Of a DNA stretch of 50,859 bases, positions 43,746-50,859 are shown piece by piece (within the stretch, counting starts at the first letter, position 1; the number at the start of each line of letters is the position of its first letter). A program made the translations under genes and the position numbers. Under the pieces are notes generated by a model. That model was not told where the DNA came from. It ran no database searches and saw only the letters and a program-made list of their open reading frames with translations. Source of the DNA: a bacterium (GTDB lineage Bacteria > UBA10199 > 2-02-FULL-44-16 > DYJF01); assembly GCA_041739675.1 (NCBI GenBank), contig JBGSNL010000077.1, positions 1 to 50,859 on the forward strand, in the 5' to 3' direction.

Positions 43746-44660
43746 GTGAAGAAAAAAACGGTACTCATTGCGGCATGCGCATTTATGCTCATGCCGCTTT
43801 TGTCTTTCGCCCAATCGAGGTTTTTCTATTCGGGCGACGGGAAGATTTCGATGCAGTCGGCAAAGACTAATGCAGCGTTTTCCGGAATATACAGAAATCC
43901 GGACGGCACTTATCGTCAGGATGCCGTGAAAAAAATCAACCGCGTCTTCGGAGCGGACGGATCGCTTCAATTGGAACCGATTTCATTGCGACTCGTCGAA
44001 TTTCTGGATTACCTTCAGGATAAATTTAACGGGAAAACGCTGGTACTGGTTTCAGGATATAGAAGTCCCCAATACAACACTACACTTCGTGAAAACGGCG
44101 CGCTTGCCGGAAAAGCGTCTCTTCATCAATACGGGATGGCGACCGATTTTTCCATGCCGGGTGTGTCGTCGAAAGCGATCTGGGAATATGTGCGCGATCT
44201 TAAATTTGGCGGCGCGGGTTACTATCACGGCAAGAACGTCCATATCGACGCCGGTCCGGCAAGATGGTGGGACGAGGCGACTTCAGGGGTGGGAACGGAT
44301 CTGGCCGATGAAAATAAACTCATCATGCTTGTCGCCGACCGCGATATTTATAAACCGGGCGAGAAGATGACGTTGGGCTTTGCAAGGATGACCGCCTGGC
44401 CCATCGGCGTCGATCCACATTTTTTTCTGGAGCGGGTCGGGAGCGGACAGGCTAAAAAATTCGCCCCGTTCATCGAAGGTTCAACGAGCGACAATGTCTG
44501 CCACATCTTCGGCGACTGGCGCCCGATGCTGGCAATGACGTGGCAGGTTCCATACGATCTGGCGCCGGGACGCTACTTCGTCCGCGCTAAATTCTGCGAA
44601 AAACAGTGGGACGCCATGCCCCCCGAAATCACCACAAACGAGTTTGTTATTGAACAGTAA
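43746..44660 (+). CDS. DUF882/YcbK (MepK-like) peptidase M15 with C-terminal extension
   Basis: Signal peptide; SGYRS..YN, S.H..G.A.D and HID.G zinc motifs. Confidence 0.85.
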   Translation: MKKKTVLIAACAFMLMPLLSFAQSRFFYSGDGKISMQSAKTNAAFSGIYRNPDGTYRQDAVKKINRVFGADGSLQLEPISLRLVEFLDYLQDKFNGKTLVLVSGYRSPQYNTTLRENGALAGKASLHQYGMATDFSMPGVSSKAIWEYVRDLKFGGAGYYHGKNVHIDAGPARWWDEATSGVGTDLADENKLIMLVADRDIYKPGEKMTLGFARMTAWPIGVDPHFFLERVGSGQAKKFAPFIEGSTSDNVCHIFGDWRPMLAMTWQVPYDLAPGRYFVRAKFCEKQWDAMPPEITTNEFVIEQ

Positions 44661-45699
44661 ACTCCCTCTGATAGATCCTTAAGGAAGCCAGGAAAACAGC
44701 GAGCAGCACCGGGCCGAAGATGATGCCGATGGGGCCGAACGCGCGCACGCCGCCCAAAAGCGCAATGAAAAGTAGAACTGGATGGACGCGCATCTTGCCG
44801 CGCATGGCGAAGGGTTTTATAAAATTATCCACACTCGATACAAAAACAAATCCGTATATCAGGAACATGATCGCCGCGTGTGCCCGCCCCATTGCCAGAA
44901 GAACAATGACCGCGCCGATGTAACATGAAGCCGCTCCGACAATCGGTATGAACGCGGCCAGCATCGCGATAAGTGTCCACATCAAAGGCTCGGAAAAACC
45001 GACAACCCAGAACCCGAGCCCGATCAGCAAACCCTGCACGATGGCCGTTGCAATCATCCCCAGAAGGATCGCGGATATTACGACACGGATCTCCTTCGAA
45101 ATTTCCTCCTGATGCGAGACGGACAGGGGAAGTGCACGGACGAGCCACGCAAAGAGTTTTGAGCCCTCGGCGAAAAACACCACAAGAAAGATAACGAGGA
45201 CGACAAGATTGATCCCCAACCGCGCCGTTGTGGCGAGCATCTTTGGCGAGAACTGATACAGAAATTGGCCTACCTCTTTCAACGCGACAATGATCGTTTC
45301 GCGGAGATCGAATGTGATTTCGCCGCCGCCGGGAAGCGCTGCAATCCATCCGCTTATCGTTTGCCCAACCTGATCGACGATGGGAGAAAGCTGCCCGCTT
45401 TGAACCTGGGCCGACAGCTTTGTCGCGAATTCAACGATATTAGTTGCCAAAAGCGCAATGACGATCACTACCGGTACCAGAACGACACAGAAACTGAGAA
45501 TTGTCGTTACAAATGCCGCGACATAATTGTGCTTCCTGAAGAGTTTAAGGAAAAATACGTAGACGGGATGAAAAACAACCGCGATGATGAGCGCCAGAAA
45601 TGCCGCCTTCATCATCGGCGCGGCCATATACAAAAATGCGGCAACGAGGACGCCGAAAAAAATGAGGAATGCAATTCGCGCGCCTTTTGGAGTTATCAT
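44647..45699 (-). CDS. AI-2E family transporter
   Basis: Multi-TM protein; A.VQG, FIPIVG, VDNFIKP, VHP.L and FG..G...GP motifs. Confidence 0.92.
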   Translation of the reverse strand: MITPKGARIAFLIFFGVLVAAFLYMAAPMMKAAFLALIIAVVFHPVYVFFLKLFRKHNYVAAFVTTILSFCVVLVPVVIVIALLATNIVEFATKLSAQVQSGQLSPIVDQVGQTISGWIAALPGGGEITFDLRETIIVALKEVGQFLYQFSPKMLATTARLGINLVVLVIFLVVFFAEGSKLFAWLVRALPLSVSHQEEISKEIRVVISAILLGMIATAIVQGLLIGLGFWVVGFSEPLMWTLIAMLAAFIPIVGAASCYIGAVIVLLAMGRAHAAIMFLIYGFVFVSSVDNFIKPFAMRGKMRVHPVLLFIALLGGVRAFGPIGIIFGPVLLAVFLASLRIYQREFTVQ

Positions 45700-45701
45700 T
45701 T

Positions 45702-46445
45702 CTAGCCCTCCATCGCCAATTTCAGAACCGCCATCATGACAAGGCCCGCTAGAAACACGACAAATGCAAGCAGCGCCTTTGAAAGTTTGGGCTCCTTGTG
45801 AAGCTCGGGGACAAGATCGGAGCCCGCAATATAGATGAAGTTTCCGGCGGCAAAAGGTAATATGTATTGCATTGCGCCGTGGAGCACAGACGACATGAAA
45901 TAGCCGATCGCGGCCCCTGCAACCGCCACCACCGCCGTCACAAAATTCAAAAACAGGGCACGCCGTGGCTTCATGCCTCCGTAGACCAGCACTCCGAAAT
46001 CCCCCAGCTCTTGCGGTATTTCGTGCATCACTATGGCAAGCGTTGTTGCGATCCCCACAGGGACGCTGATCAGATAGCTCATGGCTATCACAAAACCGTC
46101 TATAAAATTATGAACTCCGTCCCCTATGAGATTGAGATATGTGAAGGGGTGAACCTCGCAGATTCCGTTGTGACAGTGCCGCCAGAGGATCAGCCGTTCC
46201 AGAAGAAAGAAGAGAGAGAAGCCGATAAGAAGCGTGATGAAGACACTGATGGGGGCTATGCTCTCCAACGCCTCCGGGAGAATATGGAAAAAGGCGCCGC
46301 CCATCATGGCGCCGGCGGAAAATGCGACAAGGATGTAGAGAAGAAAATTTACGCGCGCTGCCGTCAAAAGAAGCGTTACGGCTCCGATAAGAGACATCAC
46401 GCTTACGAGGACGACACTCCCGAAAATCCACGATGCTACCGGCAT
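45702..46445 (-). CDS. ZIP family metal transporter
   Basis: AFFHILPEA, HCH..C..H loop, GDGVHNFIDG, HEIPQELGDF and DLVPELH motifs. Confidence 0.93.
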   Translation of the reverse strand: MPVASWIFGSVVLVSVMSLIGAVTLLLTAARVNFLLYILVAFSAGAMMGGAFFHILPEALESIAPISVFITLLIGFSLFFLLERLILWRHCHNGICEVHPFTYLNLIGDGVHNFIDGFVIAMSYLISVPVGIATTLAIVMHEIPQELGDFGVLVYGGMKPRRALFLNFVTAVVAVAGAAIGYFMSSVLHGAMQYILPFAAGNFIYIAGSDLVPELHKEPKLSKALLAFVVFLAGLVMMAVLKLAMEG

Positions 46446-46464
46446 AACCCCCCTCTTTCGCCAC

Positions 46465-46493
46465 TATCTACCAGCAAGAATTGCCCATTGCAA
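46465..46493 (-). promoter_or_regulatory. Probable ZIP promoter with a palindrome in the spacer
   Basis: TTGCAA-17 nt-TAGATA; GCAA-GAA-TTGC at 46474-46484. Confidence 0.45.
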
Positions 46494-46506
46494 TCCCCTA
46501 AAAAAT

Positions 46507-46534
46507 AATGACAAATGACAAATTCCAAATGACA
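46507..46534 (+). repeat. Four 7-nt tandem units overlapping the EamA start
   Basis: AATGACA AATGACA AATTCCA AATGACA. Confidence 0.8.
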
Positions 46535-47398
46535 AAACACAACGTCAGATACGGCATCATCCTCATGGTTGCGGCGGAGCTCATTTTCGCCTGCGGTTGG
46601 GCCATGATCAAGCTTGCGGGCTCGCGTCTGCCAGTTTTTGAAGTCGTCTTTTTCCGCGCATCTTTGAGTCTCGTCATTTTGACGGTGATAATGCTCTGGC
46701 GGCGGTCGTCTTTCCGCGGAAAAAACCATAAGCTTCTCTTTCTTCGCGGCCTTCTGGGATTCGCCGGCATCGCCACATCATTTGTCGCGATGATCAGGAT
46801 GAATTTGGGCGATGCGTCGATGCTCCTCAATACGTTTCCGCTTTTCGTCGCACTTCTGGCGCCCCTTTTGATCGGCGAAAAATTCCGCCGCATCAATTTC
46901 ATCTTTGTCATCATAGCATTCGCGGGGATCGGTCTCATAATGAAGCCGACGCAACACGTCTTTCACAACGTGGCGCTTTTGGGGCTCGCGTCCGGCGTCT
47001 TTGCGGCGCTCTCCGTTATATGTGTGAGAAGACTCACGCTCACGGATAGCTCGTCGGCCATAACATTTTATTTCACATTGGTCACCACGCTTGCCGCAAT
47101 TCCATTCATATCAAACGATTTTGTGATGCCGACAAAGATAGAATGGCTCTTGCTTGGAGGAATAGGAATAGCCGTTACGGTGGGCCAGCTCCTCATGGCA
47201 AGGGCATACAGCTTCGCCCATGCCGCAACGGTCTCGCCGTTCGCGTATTCGTCGGTAATCCTCGCCTATATTTTCGGAATAATATTGTGGGACGATATAC
47301 CGGACATTTATTCGATTGTAGGAGGCGTACTCATCATCGCCTCTGGAATCGCGATCACGATTTCAGAGGGCCGGGTCGAATCCCAGCCGCCCGTCTGA
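46508..47398 (+). CDS. DMT/EamA family transporter
   Basis: About ten TM segments; FFR, LRG..G, P.FV..LA...LGE and A..V.PF.Y motifs. Start may be 46508 or 46529. Confidence 0.9.
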   Translation: MTNDKFQMTKHNVRYGIILMVAAELIFACGWAMIKLAGSRLPVFEVVFFRASLSLVILTVIMLWRRSSFRGKNHKLLFLRGLLGFAGIATSFVAMIRMNLGDASMLLNTFPLFVALLAPLLIGEKFRRINFIFVIIAFAGIGLIMKPTQHVFHNVALLGLASGVFAALSVICVRRLTLTDSSSAITFYFTLVTTLAAIPFISNDFVMPTKIEWLLLGGIGIAVTVGQLLMARAYSFAHAATVSPFAYSSVILAYIFGIILWDDIPDIYSIVGGVLIIASGIAITISEGRVESQPPV

Positions 47399-47437
47399 GA
47401 TTGCCACGCCCCGCAATAGGCTGGGCTCGCAATGACA
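47397..47437. repeat. Half REP-like palindromic element between convergent genes
   Basis: GAGATTGCCACG...CTCGCAATGACA; ATTGC/GCAAT stem; shares the ATGACA end with 41304-41363. Confidence 0.65.
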
Positions 47438-47444
47438 CCCTGTT

Positions 47445-49103
47445 TCACTTAAACGCAAAAATCGGTTTTATATCCACCGGGATGCCTTTGAGCTTCGCAA
47501 TCGCATCCTCGAATTCCTTGGGCATCGTGCGGTATTTTTCCACAAACTTTTTGGCGCCGGCGTAGTCCCCTTTCGCCTCGATCATCAGAAGATCGCGCGC
47601 AAGGTCCTTTATCGCGCCGTCCATCTTAGCGCGATCAACGCCAAACTTACCGCTCTTCGGATCGTAAGTGAAGGCACCCTTGTCACGCAGATAATTGAAC
47701 TGGATGATATTGGAGCCGCCGTGCGCTTCCTTGATACCGAAACGCGTCGACCTGAATATCCCCGCAAGGTATGTTGGATAGAGCGTCTTCATAAAATCTT
47801 CCGAATACATCCCCTTTGTCTTGAGAAAGAGCGTGTTGAAAAGACCCAGGGTGTCCGCCTTGCACTCCTCTATCACCGAGTAGAGATCTTTCAGCGCCTT
47901 GTTGACGGTCGTCTCTTTTCCGCCGACCTTGATCGTTCCCGGCCCAAGACCGTGAGACATCTCGTGAATGAGGGTATGGTTGAAGAAGGCATCGAACGAG
48001 ACATCCTTCACGTCTTTTGGCTCCATCATCTGACTGGCGATGGGCACAAGGATATTTTCAAACTTCGCCTTCGAAACGTTTTTGAGCATAACTTTTTTAG
48101 ATCCCTTTTTCTCGCGCACTTTTTCATCGTTGGGCAAATTGAAGGCCAGCGTCTGCACGCCCGCCTTCGTGTCACCCGCGGAATATATCTCCTGCGCGAC
48201 GACTATCGGGGATTCTTTCCCGCGCCGCTTGTTGTGATATTCTTTTGGAATCGGAAGATTGGCTTCCAGCTCGTCCAGATAAGATGCGACCTTGGCAAGT
48301 TTTTGGGATTCGTCTTTGTCCACCGCAGTGACAAAGGCCTCGAATGCCGCCTTGTAGCCCATCAAATTGTCTTCGTAGACCTCATACGGCCCGAAGACGA
48401 CTTCGAGTGAGTGATCCTTGAGATCCATCCAGTCGCAATCGCTCTGGAAATAATCGTTGGAGAGAAAAGCATCGGCGCGGCTCGTGAGATATTTTTTGAG
48501 GCTGGGATTCTCGGCAACGTCCGCCGCCTCTTTAAGAAGTTTTGCAGCGGGCTCAAGCCACGTCTTGTAAACCGCGGAGTACGGCGTCGCCCTCAAAAAT
48601 TTTCCATCACGTTCGATGATCGTGAAATTGCTCTCAAAGGCCTTCTTATCCTTCGGATGGGCCCTCATCCAGCTCTCAAGTTCTTTTTTCGTCAGATCCT
48701 CGGGATAAAAATTGGCGCCGGCGGGCTTCTCCTTCAAACCTACGTCGATGAAGGGTTTGTCGTGGTCCAGCCTGTCGAAAGGACCGAAGTTGATCGTGAA
48801 ATAATCGTCAAGGACGCGCTCGTTTCCTTTCATTTTCGAAAGTTCATCACGCAATTTAACATTTCCGCTCCAGACCTGACGCAGAAATATCTCGTCCATC
48901 ATGCGCGCGGCTTCAACTAGTTTATCCACCGCCTTCTTGTCGGCTGCCGACAAGAGCTTCTCGTCATAATCCATTTTCACCGGTTTGAATTTCTCAAGCT
49001 GCGCCCTCACATGCTCAAAAGACGGTATCGGTTTCATAGCATCTGCCCTCCATGAAATTCCCATAATGGAAGCTGCAATGATCGCAATCAAAATTCCCCT
49101 CAT
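47445..49103 (-). CDS. Exported peptidase M49-like (dipeptidyl-peptidase III / NUDT3-type) zinc hydrolase
   Basis: Signal peptide from ATG 49103 (GAGGAGG RBS); GANFYP.D, GPYE.YED, AFNLPND, HEMSH and EECKAD motifs. Confidence 0.88.
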   Translation of the reverse strand: MRGILIAIIAASIMGISWRADAMKPIPSFEHVRAQLEKFKPVKMDYDEKLLSAADKKAVDKLVEAARMMDEIFLRQVWSGNVKLRDELSKMKGNERVLDDYFTINFGPFDRLDHDKPFIDVGLKEKPAGANFYPEDLTKKELESWMRAHPKDKKAFESNFTIIERDGKFLRATPYSAVYKTWLEPAAKLLKEAADVAENPSLKKYLTSRADAFLSNDYFQSDCDWMDLKDHSLEVVFGPYEVYEDNLMGYKAAFEAFVTAVDKDESQKLAKVASYLDELEANLPIPKEYHNKRRGKESPIVVAQEIYSAGDTKAGVQTLAFNLPNDEKVREKKGSKKVMLKNVSKAKFENILVPIASQMMEPKDVKDVSFDAFFNHTLIHEMSHGLGPGTIKVGGKETTVNKALKDLYSVIEECKADTLGLFNTLFLKTKGMYSEDFMKTLYPTYLAGIFRSTRFGIKEAHGGSNIIQFNYLRDKGAFTYDPKSGKFGVDRAKMDGAIKDLARDLLMIEAKGDYAGAKKFVEKYRTMPKEFEDAIAKLKGIPVDIKPIFAFK

Positions 49104-49152
49104 ATGACCTCCTCTTCTATTTAGTAAGAAGAATAATAAAAGATATCCGCCC

Positions 49153-50556
49153 TCAGCAGCGCACCTTTCCGCCTGCAACTTTCTTGCGCGATCTATGTCC
49201 CGGCTGCTCCTTGAAGTGATCGAGTATTCTCGTCATATCCCCGATTAAGAGATCCGCCATGTCGCGGCTGAACCCCTCTTTCACAACGACGCGAAGGACC
49301 TCAAGATCCGTGCAATTTTCCGGCATAGAGTACGCGGGAACGAGCCAACCGCGATGCCTTAGCATTTCGGAGATATCGTAGACTGAGAAATTCGCATCGG
49401 CGCCTTCTTTTATCTTGAAGGCAAAGACCGGAATGTCCGTGCCGTGCGTCAGACACTCGAACGGACCCATCTTATCGATCTTTTCGGAAAGATAGACCGC
49501 CGTATCCTGACACGCCTTCTGCACGCGCTGGTAACCGCTAAAACCCAGGCGCAGAAAATTGTAATACTGCGCCACGATCTGGTTGCCCGGTCGCGAGAAA
49601 TTTAAAGCGAACGTGGGCATCTCTCCTCCCAGATAGTTGACTTTGAAAATCAGATCCTCGGGAAGTTCGTCCCAGTCGCGCCAGATCACCCATCCGACGC
49701 CCGGATAGACAAGTCCGTACTTGTGCCCGGAGACGTTTATGGATTTCACCCACTTGAGGCGAAAGTCCCATTCAAGGCTTTTCTGCAGAAACGGAGCGAT
49801 GAAACCGCCGCTTGCACCGTCCACGTGTATCGGAATTTCAAAACCTGTTTTGGAATTGAGTTTGTCCAGCGCGTCGTTTATCTCTTTAACCGGCTCGTAT
49901 TCGCCGGTGAAGGTCGTTCCCATGATTGCGGTGACGCCGATCGTATTTTCGTCGCAGCGCTTCACGACTTCTTCAGCGCTGATACAGTAGCGCCCCTTTT
50001 CCATGGGAATGAGCCTCGGCTCTATCTCCCAGTAGCGGCAGAACTTCTCCCAGCAGACCTGTACGTCCGCGCCCATGACCATGTTGGGCTTGTCTGAGGG
50101 CCTGCCTTTGGCTGCCATCCTCTTTTTCCATTTCCACTTGAGCGCCATGCCGCCCAGCATCGCCGCCTCGCTGGAGCCCGTCGTCGAGCAACCGCACGCG
50201 TTGCCGCTTGTAGGTGCATGATAAAGATTGGAAAGGATGTTCACGCAGCGCATTTCGAGTTCGGCCGTCTGCGGATATTCGTCCTTGTCGATCATGTTTT
50301 TGTCAAAAGTCTCCGCCATCAGTTTCTCCGCTTCCGGCTCCATCCACGTCGTGACAAATGTCGCCAGATTGAGTCTGGCGTTTCCATCCAGCATCAGCTC
50401 ATCATGGACTATCTGATAAGCATTCCTCGGGCTCATTCCTTCCCCGCGCAGTTCATACTTGGGAACAGGTTCCTGAAGCTCCCGCGAACCGAAGGTCGGG
50501 GCAATCATCCTCTCCTTCTCGCTCATTTTTTTAAGGTCGTGTTTTGGATGGAGCAT
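49153..50556 (-). CDS. gadB: Glutamate decarboxylase
   Basis: NLATFVTTWM, NMIDKDEYP, GSSEA, HVDGASGGF and SGHKYG motifs. Start MLHPK at 50556 follows AAGGAG. Confidence 0.96.
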   Translation of the reverse strand: MLHPKHDLKKMSEKERMIAPTFGSRELQEPVPKYELRGEGMSPRNAYQIVHDELMLDGNARLNLATFVTTWMEPEAEKLMAETFDKNMIDKDEYPQTAELEMRCVNILSNLYHAPTSGNACGCSTTGSSEAAMLGGMALKWKWKKRMAAKGRPSDKPNMVMGADVQVCWEKFCRYWEIEPRLIPMEKGRYCISAEEVVKRCDENTIGVTAIMGTTFTGEYEPVKEINDALDKLNSKTGFEIPIHVDGASGGFIAPFLQKSLEWDFRLKWVKSINVSGHKYGLVYPGVGWVIWRDWDELPEDLIFKVNYLGGEMPTFALNFSRPGNQIVAQYYNFLRLGFSGYQRVQKACQDTAVYLSEKIDKMGPFECLTHGTDIPVFAFKIKEGADANFSVYDISEMLRHRGWLVPAYSMPENCTDLEVLRVVVKEGFSRDMADLLIGDMTRILDHFKEQPGHRSRKKVAGGKVRC

Positions 50557-50590
50557 AATTTTCTCCTTTATCTGAGCATCATTATATATG

Positions 50591-50859
50591 TCACTTTCCG
50601 GACGGCATCCACTCCGGCTTCTTAAAACGGTGTATGACAAGCGGAGCCAGCGTGAAAACAAGCGAGCCGATCAGAAGAAAGATCACGTAAAATGCGGGAC
50701 TCCCGACTGTCAGCTGCGACGGCGGGAAAAAACCCACGACGATTGCGAAGATCGCGGCGGCCATTCCGAGCCCGGCGACCGTTATCATCCCTGCTTTGCC
50801 GCCGGGGACCTTATAACTGCGGGGAACGTCAGGCTTCTTGAAACGAAGCGCGATGGCCG
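50591..50859 (-). CDS. gadC: Amino-acid permease, probable glutamate/GABA antiporter (C-terminal part only)
   Basis: Frame is open to the window edge: LRFKKPDVPRSYKVPGG...GFFPPSQL...KKPEW; lies directly upstream of gadB. Confidence 0.8.
   Translation of the reverse strand, partial: AIALRFKKPDVPRSYKVPGGKAGMITVAGLGMAAAIFAIVVGFFPPSQLTVGSPAFYVIFLLIGSLVFTLAPLVIHRFKKPEWMPSGK

Noticed and set aside
1..50859. CRISPR arrays, tRNA/rRNA, IS elements, prophage
   Set aside because: No spaced repeat array, cloverleaf, transposase, integrase or phage gene was recognised; intergenic gaps are all under about 300 nt.

Overview
A gene-dense bacterial chromosome segment of moderately high GC. Gene content suggests an uncultured deltaproteobacteria-like lineage (inference only). 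Most of it is housekeeping: dapF-dapA-dapB-dapL-folK, rho, homodimeric glyQS-ppdK-dgt, ald, coaX, a Na/Pi transporter, smc, csp, an aminotransferase-transketolase-M15 peptidase unit, AI-2E/ZIP/EamA transporters and gadC-gadB-peptidase M49. I found no rRNA, tRNA, CRISPR array, transposase, integrase or reverse transcriptase. Three things stand out. (1) A 9-kb array of five surface lipoproteins (5474-14559) includes two paralogues with near-identical leader, Ig-like domain and C-terminal tail, but different stalk lengths and 8-bladed propeller heads with variable loops; this is a candidate diversifying adhesin system. (2) An envelope hydrolase trio encodes a PHP lipoprotein, a peptidase-PD40-Omp85 fusion and a TPR-Slt. 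(3) A recurrent sigma28-like promoter with a non-canonical -35 (GCAAC-N14-GMCGATAA) lies ahead of smc and the hydrolase trio. There are also several small REP-like palindromes and 7-nt repeats. Functions come from motif recognition by eye; no database searches were run.
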